Below, in pieces: positions 12,067 through 25,051 of a stretch of 64,000 nucleotides of DNA. A program made the translations under genes and the position numbers. Source of the stretch: Octopus sinensis (Eukaryota); assembly GCF_006345805.1 (NCBI RefSeq), contig NC_043013.1, positions 32,736,001 through 32,800,000 of the forward strand. Direction: 5' to 3'. Under the pieces are notes generated by a model. That model worked only from the letters and a program-made list of their open reading frames with translations. It was not told the DNA's origin and searched no databases. Each line of letters begins with the position of its first letter. Positions within the stretch are counted from its first letter, which is position 1.

Positions 12067-12621
12067 GAGTGAGAGAGCAGTGCATGCCATCAAAGTGACA
12101 CTGGGGTAAAATATACGAAGCCCAATATACCCATCATGACTACCCGTCTGATAAGAGTACACCAGGCACATGCATCACAACCATATGTGCGCGACATGGG
12201 GATCTCATATCAAGATAAACAGCACATGACCTTGCAGGTGGGGCCCAGTTAGAATTTTCTTCAGGTTGAGTAGCCCATTCCGCTCAAACGGTCTCTGAAT
12301 AAGGGTTGTTTAAGGATATTGAAAGAATCACCCATGTTTCCAGAGGTGAATTATTCAAACCCCAAAGAATCCCTCTCAACACATGGCTATGATGCTCCTC
12401 CACTACTTCTGCTCGTGATCAGAGATGCACATATCATCAGCCACTAAGGGACATGCTCAACTGGTTAAGGTCAAACAACTGACAAGCAAATCTGTGGTAT
12501 TGAGCAGAATATTTACTGTAGCCCATCTTTTATACCAAGACAAAACAATGTACATGATAATACTTCCTATCAGTTAAGATCAGAAGCCATGAGAGCCACA
12601 GCCTGGTACTGCATCAGGGCA
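12067..12621. mobile_element. About 555-bp high-complexity non-coding element inserted in a (TTA)n/(TAA)n array
   Basis: Sharp boundaries with (TTA)n on both sides; no long ORF, no tRNA head, no TIR. I recall this sequence as a dispersed Octopus repeat (unverified). Confidence 0.65.
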
Positions 12622-12974
12622 TTTATTATTATTATTTTTAGTATTATTATTATTATTATTATTATTTTAGCAAATTAAATAATTCGCTAAGCGAAGTCTT
12701 CGTCAACAGGTACGCCAAAATTAAACATATAAACACGAGGCCAATCCAGCATAAACCTCTTGCTTATACACTATAATTTTTTCAAATCTACTGAGCAAGC
12801 GCAGTTTTTTGTCGGCAGCGAAAAGGTGCCGGCAATTTCTTCGAACCAATCTTCCAGAAATCATTATACATAATTAATAATACCAGGGTAATAAAGCTTT
12901 AGAAATGTTTAACTACCAGTGGTCTAGCGTATAGAAAAATGAATCAATATACTATATATTATTCATATAAAATA

Positions 12975-13252
12975 CAGCGTACATTTAAACACATTAAGAG
13001 GTTTCCATCATAGGAAGGTCTTACTCTAGAAAGAACAGCTAAAGTCCAAGCCACTAATTAGGGATAAATTCTCGAAGGGAGTGAAAAAGAAAAACATTTA
13101 CTGTGGTTTCTGATTTATTTTAGCAAATAAAATAATTATTTTTCATTCCCTTCGAGAATTTATCCCTAATTAATTGTTTGGACTTTAGCTATTCTTTGTA
13201 GCATAAGGGCTACCTATGATGGAAACCGCTTAATGTGTTGAAATGTATACTG
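12975..13252. mobile_element. Tc1/mariner-type MITE with about 110-bp TIRs
   Basis: TA|CAG...CTG|TA ends; the arms include a 26-bp perfect inverted stretch TAATTAGGGATAAATTCTCGAAGGGA. Confidence 0.85.
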
Positions 13253-13420
13253 TATTATATATATATATATATATATATCCATACACGCACAAACATGCAC
13301 ACATATATCAATACTTGTTTTCATGTTCAGTTATAATAAAAACAATTTATATTAATCTGATAGGTTACTCTATGTTTTAGTAAAATACAACTTTATTATT
13401 GTTATAAAAGAATGTTGTTA

Positions 13421-13464
13421 ACTGACTTCGAAGTTTCGGCCAGTTAAGCCATCGTCAGACTGTT
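13421..13464 (-). ncRNA. Minimal type I hammerhead ribozyme-like motif (Penelope-associated type)
   Basis: Minus strand reads CTGACGA-T-GGC-TTAACTG-GCC-GAAA-C-TTCGAA-GTC. It has the full core, a 3-bp stem II, a palindromic stem III and a GUC site; stem I is weak. Confidence 0.5.
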
Positions 13465-13554
13465 TATATATATATATAGGTACTTGGGGCGCATTATCCT
13501 CTCGTAATAGCATTAGATTATGTTATTTATGTTATGAGGTTTTCCGTTACTTAC

Positions 13555-13639
13555 CAATGTATCGGATTCACACTCTTGGAGCATAATGTTACATAATCTA
13601 TCTAAACGATTAGCAAATACAATATTGAATTGATATCAG
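13555..13639 (-). other. Candidate 85-nt exon (UTR or start exon)
   Basis: CCTTCTTTCATTACAG| acceptor and TTG|GTAAGT donor. All frames have stops; only the terminal ATG gives an open reading (MLQECESDTL). Confidence 0.25.
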
Positions 13640-14553
13640 CTGTAATGAAAGAAGGTCAATGATGTATACAAAATGTGGAATTTACAGCTGTTCATAGTTG
13701 GAGAAAGACAAAAAAAAGCAAAAAACCAAAAAAAAACAAAACTAGGTTCCCTCAGTTAATCAATCTCATACTGATATTGTTATCTCAGAGAGACACACCC
13801 AAAAAGACGGAGATATCAAGTATTTCAAAGCCTGTATAACAGGCTGCGAAAAGTGTTTTAATAGCCCCGTTGCTCGAGCAGGGTCGACATTTCAGAAAAT
13901 GGCAACCATGTAGAAAGGAAAACCATATCGCAACCTGAAACTCAAATTACTCAGGATATTCATAGAAAGCGTGCTGTTAAATAGAGCCATGTGAACATGG
14001 ATATTAAGAAATACCCTACAATATATCGGTTGGACGTTGACTATAAAAGTTTGCAACGAGCAACACTCAATAACGAGGAAATTCGTAGCAATTTATCTTC
14101 AATAACAAACGTATTAAGTTGATGAATAAATATTGTTTAGCGGTCGCTATGGGAGAATCTAAGATGAGATGGGAGATGAGTAGTTACTATGCAAGCATAA
14201 TCACAACAAAAAAATTCCGCTGACGTGTATGGACCAGCTGGTACAAAACACTTGGTTAAATCTAAAAATTCTGCCTGCTGTGCCGCAGACAATCGTAGCT
14301 ACTGGATATCACTTGCTGGAAACGTTTGTGTTCCCATCGTAGAAGTATATACACACATACACACATATATTCTTATAAATGTATATGTTTGCGTGTATTT
14401 ATATATATATATATATATATATATACACTCATACATTTATATATATGCACATATGTGCATATATAATCCTTTGTCTATCTCTTTATATATACATATATAC
14501 GCTCACACATACACACAATATGTAGTATATATGTGTGTGTATATGTATGTACG

Positions 14554-14614
<61 letters not shown>

Positions 14615-14899
14615 TAGAGATGCGTTCCTACTTTTCTAAAAACGGTAGGGTATGATTTGAGCGAATGTTTTATGTTTTTGCTGGTATTTCTGATCCATTT
14701 TCTCATTCACATAAAATGGAATGCGAATTTAGAATGCAAAATAGAAACTAGTTTCTTTGTCTCTTGTTAAAATGTCCTTTAAAAAATATTTAAGAGCAGC
14801 AAATATTAGAATGATCTGTCCTTAAGGGACATAATGAAATGTATTAGGGTCAGAAATGTGAATACATTATGATTAATCAGCTGTTGTTGGAATGGTATG

Positions 14900-14932
<33 letters not shown>

Positions 14933-15330
14933 TATAATATATATATATAATATATATATATATATATGTATATATATGTCTGTATGGTGTATATATATAT
15001 GTATATACATATATGTATATATATATGTTACCATTCAATTAGTTGTAGCATGGGTGGGGGGCTATTTCAGTTGGACATGCTGCGAATAACATAACTTACT
15101 CAACATAAAGGTAGACATTTTCGTTAAATTAATTTTATTTATGTCAAATATATGCACAGATATACATGTATAGAGGTTTGCATGTATGTATGTATCTATC
15201 TCTCTATGTGTCTCTCTACGCACACACACGCACGTATATATATATATATACATGTGTCAATCTTATGTATGGTTTTACTTATATTTTGTTGTATATGTGT
15301 ACATATATATATATTTATATATGTATAATA

Positions 15331-15370
<40 letters not shown>

Positions 15371-16103
15371 TCATATATATAAATATGTATTTAACTACAT
15401 AAGCATATATATGTGTGTATGTATTTCTATGACTAATGTTACTGAAGGCAATATGAGTGCAGTTTTTGTTATATTTAGAAATTCAGTCGAGCTGAGTGAA
15501 ATAAAATAAGCATGAAATATAAAATATAAAAGACATTTAAAAATGTTCCCTTTGTCAAGCACATAGACTCGGGCCAAATCAAAATCGACCTAGTATATAC
15601 ATACATATTTGGAGACACATTATGACGAATGTATATAATATATATATATACACGTACATGCATGTATATGTATATATATATATACATAGCTGTATATGCT
15701 ATATGTATATGTAAATGTATATATATATATATATATAATATATAATATATATTATATATATATATTATAACTCTTAACTCTCACATACATTATATGTACA
15801 CATACATATATATATATATTTGTTTATATAAGTAAATGCTAGTGTGTGTGTGTATGTATGTATATATTATATTAATATATATATTATATATATGAACGTA
15901 CTTGCTATACCGTCCCTCTCTCGATCGAGAAATAATAAATAATATGCAATATTTGTGTAAAAGTAAAATAAAAAAATATTTTCTCTTTGCGAAATTATCA
16001 ATTATTTCAAGATGCCAAAGGCCATGATACTGTTTTTTTTTTGTTTTTTTTTTTAAATATTTCAACGAGCGCTGTTTGTCATATTGAACAAAACGACGAC
16101 AGC

Positions 16104-16144
<41 letters not shown>

Positions 16145-16674
16145 AAGTCAATGGAAAATAACTACCAAAAATGCAACAACAACAGCAACAGCGACAATAA
16201 TAGCCAAATAAAAAAAATAAACAATATATATATATATATATATACAAAACAAAAAAACGCCAAGAACAAAATGGTGGTTTCTTGGTAAGTAAAAAAAAGG
16301 ATGACAGCGTTTTAACAACACAACAGCAGGAGGTAAAACAATTTGTCACCGGGCTTTACTAATGCCTTGCTCTGTTTGCTATTTCTTAGGAACTCCAAGG
16401 AAAGCAGTGTAGTTTATTAAAAGCCAAGTTGCAGGCGATTTCCTGGAACTTTCGTGTACCCTTAGATGAGTGATGTCATAAAATAAAGATCATTTTTCTT
16501 TCTTTTTGTTTTTTCCTCGACGCATTAAGTTTCTGCTCGTTTTGTTGTTGAAGTCTATGATGTTTCAAAACTGCTTCTTCCGTCTACGAAGACGAAACGT
16601 TTTATTTTCATCGTTGCTGCCATCATTCTAAGAAATCAAACATGGATGTGGCTCTTTGGAAATTGGACTTGTTT

Positions 16675-16712
16675 ACCTTCTTCTTCTTCTTCTTCTTCTT
16701 CTTCTTCTTCTT

Positions 16713-16743
<31 letters not shown>

Positions 16744-16785
16744 TTCTTCTTCTTCTTCTTCTTCTTCTTTTTCTTCTTCTGCTTC

Positions 16786-16817
<32 letters not shown>

Positions 16818-16824
16818 CTTCTTC

Positions 16825-16856
<32 letters not shown>

Positions 16857-17033
16857 CTTCTTCTTCTCCTCCACCTCCTTCTTCTTTTTCTTCATCACCA
16901 TCATCATCTTTTTCTTCTTGTAGTTGTTGCTGTTTGTTGTTGCTTTTGTTCATTCTCCTCCTCCTTCCTTCATTTGCTACTACTACCTCATCTGCCACCA
17001 CCACCATCACAGCCGGCGCTGCTGCTGCTGCTG

Positions 17034-17083
<50 letters not shown>

Positions 17084-17166
17084 GCTGCTACTACTACTAC
17101 TACTACTACTACTACAGCTGCTGATGTTATTGTTACTTCTGTAACTGTTGCTACTGTTGCTGCTAC

Positions 17167-17235
<69 letters not shown>

Positions 17236-17665
17236 CACAACGTTTCAACTTGTCATCTTGTTTCTCTTCTCTTTCGAATATCCCTCTTTCACATTTCCCT
17301 TCACCATTTTGTTCCTATCCAAACATTTTTGACTTAACACCTTCATCCTTCACTTCTTGTTATCTTATTCCACTTTTCCTCTTCTATATTTTCAATTTTT
17401 CCGTTTCTTCTTCTTCTTCTTCTTCTTCTTTTTCTTCTTCTTCTTCTTCTTCTTCTTCTGTTTCTTCTTCTTCTTCTTATACTTCTTCTTCTACTTCTTT
17501 TTCTTCTTCTTCTTCTTCTCCTCCTCCTCCTCTTCCTCCCCTCCCTCCCCTCCCTCCCCCCTCCCCTCCCTTCTTCTCTTCTTGTTCTTCTTCTTGTTCT
17601 TGTTGTTGTTCTTCTTCTTCTCCCCCTCCCCTCCCCTTCTTCTTCTTCTTCTTCTTCTTCTTCTT
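16675..17665. repeat. Compound (CTT)n/(CTA)n/(GCT)n/(CCT)n arrays
   Basis: Seen directly; source of the poly-S/L/F/T ORFs. Confidence 0.95.
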
Positions 17666-17953
17666 CACTAACAGTTTTATTCTCTCACAGATTCCAATAA
17701 CCAGCGTTGTCAACAATACTACATGATCAATGTGATGGCGACTTCAAAAAGAGGCTTCTTTCATCTTACTAGACGCAACCTTACTTCTCTCTCACTACTC
17801 CTCCCTCACTATATCTCTCTCTTATATTTTGTGTCTTTTTAATGGCATTTCATATCTGTCTATTTCTATTGCTGTTACTATGTAAATTTATATCCCCATC
17901 TAAGCTCAAATATGTGTTATATGATTTATGGTGTACATACATACATATATCTG

Positions 17954-17985
<32 letters not shown>

Positions 17986-19823
17986 CGAGGAGAGAGATGA
18001 GGGAGAGAGAGAGGAGATGATGAGATGAGAGAGAGGAGAGAGAGAAGAGAAGAGATAGAGAGATAGAGAGAGAATTGCCTACATATATATCTGGAGAGAG
18101 AGAGAGAGAGACTTGCATACGTATACAGACACCATACTTATACGTCATGTATGGGAAGTGTTATCACAAGCAAATCAGAAATACTCAAGCCACGTAGAGG
18201 AGTGTAATATTTATTATTACATAGAAGTTGTTAATCCTGGCCCGCCTCCTTGTTTCATATCTGTTGTAAATACTTAAAACAAAACAATTATCCGATAAAT
18301 TTGAAAATTAAGTGCCTCTTTGAAGTTCTCATGAATTAGTATTGCAAAATATTTGCATGCGTTTTCCAACTTCTTCCTAAAGGGTATTTTCTAAAATGTC
18401 GACGTTGATCGAAAATCTCAAGTTTTACTTTTAAATGGTAATATTTCTTCTGGAATATCTGTAGATAAATGTGTTTTCCTTATTACAAATTTTACATGTC
18501 CCTGATTTTTTACGTAAAATTTGCAACGTACACCACTTCTTAATCGCTATTTAATTGAAGTAATTTGTAAATAATTAAATAAGTCTTCTCCGACTACAAG
18601 CACATGTTTCAAGCAACTGCAGCATTAAATGAACTGGTGTGATACCTTCATAAGCGTTTAACTTTAGCAGAAATAATTATTATGTATGTTCAATGTCGAT
18701 CAAAATATTGCGAATAACACCGGAAAATAACGGAAGAAGCCGAAAATATCGAGAATTCTATAACTTCTCTTTACTCGTAAAATGTTTTTATAAAACGAGA
18801 TCTAATAGCCAAATGTTAACATTAAAAAATAATTTGGAATCAACTTACAGAAATGAGCATTATAGTAATAGTAATAAATATCTCACAAATATAAGTTAAA
18901 TGCTACTTTTCTTGGAAAACATCTAAGCAGATAGTACGATAAATATGAAATAAATTCATGTTTACAGCAATAATATGAACTATAATGATGGCTTAAACGA
19001 AAGAATAGTAGAAAATAAAATAATGTCATACATATTTAGGTAAATATATACATATATTAAATATATATTCACCGGACACAATCATATGTCTCTATCATTC
19101 ACAAAAATATAATAACTGTGTGGCGCTTCCTTAGCGGAAAGCAAAGAGAAATCTTAAGAGAAAATTATTGATGATACAGAAAAATTAAGAGAAAATTACT
19201 GCGAATAACACCAGAAAGTAAAGGAAGTAGCTTAAAATATCAACAATTCAGTTACAGTGTGTTTGTTTGCTGAGATACTTTACTAAAAGAGCTCTAATAA
19301 CCGCTGTTAATAACAATTAGAAGTATTTTAAAATCAGCGTACAAAACTGTTGCAATAATAGAAATATATGTCTCAAATATAACGGCAACAAGATTTTATA
19401 TAAGAAAAACTTCTCACATACAGAATATAGTACATAATACTTCAAGAAATACATTATGTATTATACTTTATTGGTGGGTAGTTTATATTGTTAATGCGGT
19501 TTTATCCTTGACGATCGTGTTTGCAACTAGAGACTGCGTTCAGTGTGACTGCTGAAAATATAACATTTTACTTTGAAATGAGTTAGGGAGTAAGAGGATG
19601 TTACGTCGTTTAACTGTGTTGCTAGAAGTAAAAACATTGTGAGCTTAATTCGAAAGGTGTTTGTATTTCTGTTTAGTCAAACCAATCATCTTATACTCAT
19701 ACCTAATGCCTGAGTGGTAAACTTTGATCATATCGTATGAAACATTATCTGAAATATAATACGTGCGTTGATATTTTTAAATGAACCAACGTCCATAGTA
19801 AAATAGTTAAGTTCACTCTAAAC

Positions 19824-19890
<67 letters not shown>

Positions 19891-20701
19891 TTTAATTTCT
19901 TACATTGGCTACCACAGCCCAAGATAATGTAAGAAATCTTTTACCAGGGCCCAATGACTTGGGCCCTGGTAAAAAATAAAATGACAGAATGTAAGCTAGC
20001 ACCGTACTGTACAGCTTAATTAGCATATTTATTATTGTAATGGCTATTCATTAATTAGGAAATGTACATTTTACACACAACATTAATCAGAACAATTGAA
20101 TTTGAAATATAAATGTAAATGCCATAAGAATTTCGAAATTTTCGCGAGAATGTGAAATAATTTGTTTTTAGAATAGTGGGTCTCGAAGCATATAAAGCTA
20201 CAAATGATAACTTGTAAATATTGGGTTAAAAATCCTGTTTGGATTGAAATGTCCCACGGTTAGTCTTCAACTTTTTTTATCCGAATCAGTTTGCAATCCA
20301 ATATTTATATGCTGTTATTTATGTATATGCTACATGAACTTCGAGATCCACAATTCCACGAATGAAAATATTTGAACATTTAAACGTTTGACAGTTTTTG
20401 TAATAAGCAGAATTTTTTTTAATGTAAGCATATTCAAAATATTCTTTCAGTATATAGGAAAAAAAGAGTGGGAAAATATAGGGGGAATAAGCATGCTTGC
20501 TGATGCAAGGAACTACATTATATATTACTGAAACAATATTGAGAACCGTTTTCTATAATACTGTGCGTCCAGTCATAACTTAATATTTTAGGAAATACTA
20601 ACATAACATATGAAATCTGTGAAATCTTGATTTTATTTAGACCTAGATAAGCTCCGGCTGTGATCATACCATCTTTTATTCAAATATAGCATATCTCGTC
20701 C

Positions 20702-21010
20702 ATGGGGAGGCGCAATGGCCCAGTGGTTAAGGCAACGGACTCGCGGTCGTAGGATCGCGGTTTCGATTCCCAGACCGGGCGTTGTGAATATTTATTGAGC
20801 GAAAACACCTAAAGCTCCGCGAGGCTTCGGCAGGGGGGGTGATCCCTGCTGTACTCTTTCGCCACATATTTCTCTCACTCTTTCTTCTGTTGGCCTGCTC
20901 GCTTAGCCAGCGGGGTGGCGTCATTTGAAGGCTAAAACAATGCAAAGTGCATTGTAACCAGCAATGTGTAGCAACATCTGATAGCCTGGTCAGTCACGGT
21001 GATCACAGTG
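20702..21010 (+). mobile_element. SINE family C (tRNA-Arg-like head), full length with an 11-bp TSD
   Basis: A box TGGCCCAGTGG, B box GTTTCGATTCCC; ATATCTCGTCC at 20691-20701 and at 21011-21021. Confidence 0.92.
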
Positions 21011-21228
21011 ATATCTCGTCCTTAATTATGAAGTATGTCTTTCCTTTTATAACTTCTGATTAAAATTATATTTGGCTATAAAAAATCATATCGACTCAAT
21101 CTGTGGTCATTTAAATTCGCGTATTGGTGTTGCTGTGTAGCCCACTGCCTTCCATAGTGAAGAAAACCTAGGACATATTTGTTCTGATTTTTCAATTAGT
21201 GTTTAAAGGACCATGTTATTGAACGTTC

Positions 21229-21310
21229 TTTCGATTTTAAAAAGATTGTGTTTTGAGTGAGATTTGGTTGCTCTTTCTAGCCTATCGATCAACCAAATAG
21301 AGGCATAGTC
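21229..21310 (+). mobile_element. Fragment of a dispersed repeat, with related fragments at about 14640 (+) and 21935-22000 (-)
   Basis: Shared (G)TGATTTGAGxGAGATTT..TTGCTxTxTxTAGC motif. Confidence 0.4.
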
Positions 21311-22475
21311 GTTGACGTGCAATATCATCTGCCAAAAACTAACTAGTCAAACCTGTGGAAGCAAATCTCGCCAGCGACTTTCTAGTCTACGGAGAAAACA
21401 TTTATTTAATGACTGAACTAAAACAAAGCCGAATTATTTCACCAAAAATATGGATAGAAAAGAGGACAAAATACCTATAAATAAAGAAGTAATTTAATCC
21501 TAAACTAAGCACGAACTTCAACCCTCTTTCCCACAAAAAAAAAAATGCTGGCCAGAATTTGAGGCTCAGAAGATATTGAAGACAATGAGAGTAATATCAG
21601 AACAACCTCATTTACGATGGTAATAATTGGTTAACATAGAAGAGAGTATAATGATTTTTTTGTAGGATAACTTTCATGAGAGAAAGCTGCATCAAGAGTG
21701 ACATCACGAATAACATTAAATGTATTGATTAAAAATGGAGAAACATCATTTTCAACGATTAAAGTAAAATGGTAACGTGTCAAAGTAGACTACTTAGACA
21801 AATCCATGGTGCCAGACAGATATCAGTTTACATTCTCGCAGAAAGAATTTAAAGTGTATTACACAAAACATGAAAATATATGGACATAAACATATGCATT
21901 AAACGAGCTTAAATCGGAGTCAGAATGTGTTTGTAAGACCTGCTACAGATAGCAATGAAATCTCCTTAAAATCACATCCTACCATCTAAATAAAAGAATG
22001 GCGCGCCGGAGAATACTCATGATACGCTACAAAGAATACACGATGGGTTGGTTATGGCTTACACACCTTTGAAAATAGGTTTACTCAATCAGCTATCACT
22101 CGGTATTAAACAACAAAATGCAATAAAGGGTGCGATCAAGGAGGCTCATACTTCCACCCGTTCAGCATTTAAACGTAATGTAAAATATTGCTGACTGGAA
22201 GCTGAATTTTCTCTCTTGAACTCATGGCACTTCAATGCAGTTCTCTTCATCTTACTTCGTTTCTGTATGCACACACACAAACACATACACACATGCACAC
22301 ACAGACCTTTATATATATAATATATCTGTAAACATTTGTTCTGTAGTAGCTTAAAGTAATAAGGTGTTCCCTAGAATAATCGCTAATTTTTCAGCATTCA
22401 AATATACTATGAACACTCACTGCAGAGAATACAAATAACTACAGTGGCTGAAAATCCGTAGGAAACAAATAAACA

Positions 22476-22514
<39 letters not shown>

Positions 22515-23030
22515 GTATATATATATACATATATATATATGTATGCATGCATGTATACATATTTTATATATGTATGTACATGCGTTGATAGGTATGTGCG
22601 TGTATAATTTGCCTATAATTATATTACACACACGCATGTATATATATGTTTGTGTGTGTGTATATATATATATGTATATACGTATATATATATATATATT
22701 TATATATGTATAATATATTTATATACTTATTAGGGTCTATAAGCGTGTATACATATACACACACACATACATATGTATATGGATATATCTGATCTAGTGA
22801 TAACGATGCTAATTTGCTCGTAAAAAAGGAACCAAACCCGAAACTCTAAAGCCAGTGCTTCTTTTTAAAAACCGACTAAACGCAAATGATGGATTAAAAT
22901 AAAACGAATGAAGGAATAAAATAAAAGAACTGTAATAATACTATTATATTATAATAAAGAACAAGAAAAAACAAACAGAAATGAAATATAAATAATAAAT
23001 AGCCTAAAGCCTCGTTTCAAAGTTCTCTCT

Positions 23031-23078
<48 letters not shown>

Positions 23079-23592
23079 ACGGAGATATAAAAACTAACGG
23101 ACATAAAATTAAAACATTAAAAACGTTGTTACATGATAAATATCGGGCATAATTTGCGAAATAAAAGAATGATTAATTAAATTCTTTCAAAAATCAATTT
23201 TAGAAATCCAAGTATAAAACATTATAAATGAAGAATTGAGAAATTCCCTTATATTTCACTTTTGTGTGGCAGGTTGTTCTGCCAAAATTAAGGCTGCAGA
23301 GTGCTGGAGAGGACAAAATATTTGAAAAGAAGTGACGTTATTTCGTTTAAGCCACTTGGAAAATGTGCTTTCATCTGCAGAAGGAACATCAAAATCTGTG
23401 GTAGAAGAGATTGTACATTAGAAGCTTTTTGGGTTATGTATTAAAATATATATGTCTATCCTATTCCCATGGACATTCCAAAGTTATTGTAAATATTTAG
23501 ATATTTATCTGAAAAAGTATTAAGCATCTGATCTATCATTTTCTAATGATGGATCATATATTTCCACAATACCTGCCAAATGTATCTAGAGT

Positions 23593-23968
23593 AAACAAGA
23601 GAACTCAGAGAGCGCAAACCTCCACTAAGGCAACACCAACGTCCTCACAACGATTAGCCGGAGATGATTTTTAAAATGAGAATATCTGAAATAAGTTCGA
23701 CTACTCTCACAAACGACAATACTGAAAATGAACCCGACTGCTCTCAAAAATTAAGTAAAAAACAGGAAGAATAATCCAGAATCCTTGTCCGGTACAGAAT
23801 CGATCCAAAAATCTAATCAGTTCGTGCTGTCATGAGGCTAAACATCTCTGAAAGTTTCATCCGAATCCTTTCAACGGTCTTTGAGATATCCTGTCCACGA
23901 ACAAACAAACAAGCAAACAAACACGACTGAAAACAATACCTCCGCCTTCGGTAAGGCGGAGATAATAA
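23593..23968 (-). mobile_element. Helentron-associated (HINE/DINE-1-like) non-autonomous element
   Basis: Terminal hairpin CTCCGCCTT-CGGT-AAGGCGGAG (23940-23961), adjacent (GTTT)n, CAGGATATCTC core, subterminal CCTTAGTGGAGGTTTGCGCTCTCTGAG end, T-rich insertion site. Confidence 0.75.
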
Positions 23969-24746
23969 ACGAGCGCTCTTTTGCTTTCCTATCAAAGCAT
24001 TTTCTTTTGTTTGGTCTTCACTCATCGCAAGAATTCAACCTTTTTCACATGAAGCTTCGGCATTTCTTTTCTGTTTCTAAAGCAAGTTATTCTCACCCTT
24101 TTCGTTCAACTTCAGACCTATGTAATAAATTGCCCCAAACATGCAATTTCTTCACCTTGCGGCACAAAGAGCCAGTCATTTACAATACTCTCAACGAAAC
24201 GATGTAACACTTTGTTAAAATTCTTCTGACTTCTCTATTAAACGTATAACATCTACAATGACTTTGATGAATTTTAAGTTAGTACAGCGTAGTGAAGTAT
24301 TGCTTAAAATAAGAAGGGCTTACATTGGAAGATCCTTCAAGGTGACCCAGATCTTAGACTTAGAAGTATACTGAATGGACACTTACTCTCTGTTGATATT
24401 CTTGTAGTTCATACAGTTTCACTAAATGATAAACCAAGAGTCGTTTCATTTTCTATTTACCTTCATCACTGATGCAGTAGGTTAGCATTAGACCCTCTTT
24501 CATCAGATTATGCTTACACTATTAACTCTCCTGTGTGATATAAATTTGAAATTTCTTTAAAAAGCAAATACAAAAAAACAAAAACAAAACAGGACCAAAA
24601 CAAACCCTGTCTAATTGCAATTAAAAACAGAAATTATTCGACTTCACAAGCTCTCAAATCTTAGTACCTATTTTCTGCATCGATTCTGTACAGTACCTGA
24701 AACTGTTTAAGAGATTCTATCTAGCCATTTCAATTTTAAATCTTAC

Positions 24747-24886
24747 GTGGTAAAAAGATTGATTACAAACCACATGGTTCCGGGTTCAGTCCCACTGCGT
24801 GGCACCTAGGGCAAGTGTCTTCTACTATAGCCTCGGTCCAACCAAAGCCTTGTAAGCGGATTTTGTAGACGGAAACTGGAAGAAGC

Positions 24887-24932
<46 letters not shown>

Positions 24933-25051
24933 AATATATATATATATATTATATATATATTCGTGAGTGTGTGTGTGTATGTGTTTGTGTATGTCACCCC
25001 ACCATCATTGTTTGACAACCGATGCTGGTGTGTTTGCGTCCCCGTAACTTA
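24747..25051 (+). mobile_element. SINE family A, 3'-truncated, with internal (TA)n
   Basis: CCACATGGTTCCGGGTTCAGTCCCACTGCGTGGCAC..GACAACCGATGCTGGTGTGTTTGCGTCCCCGTAACTTAG. Confidence 0.88.

Noticed and set aside
20702-20780. Possible tRNA-Arg gene
   Set aside because: The tRNA-like head continues into a SINE body bounded by a TSD, with no proper acceptor stem or terminator.
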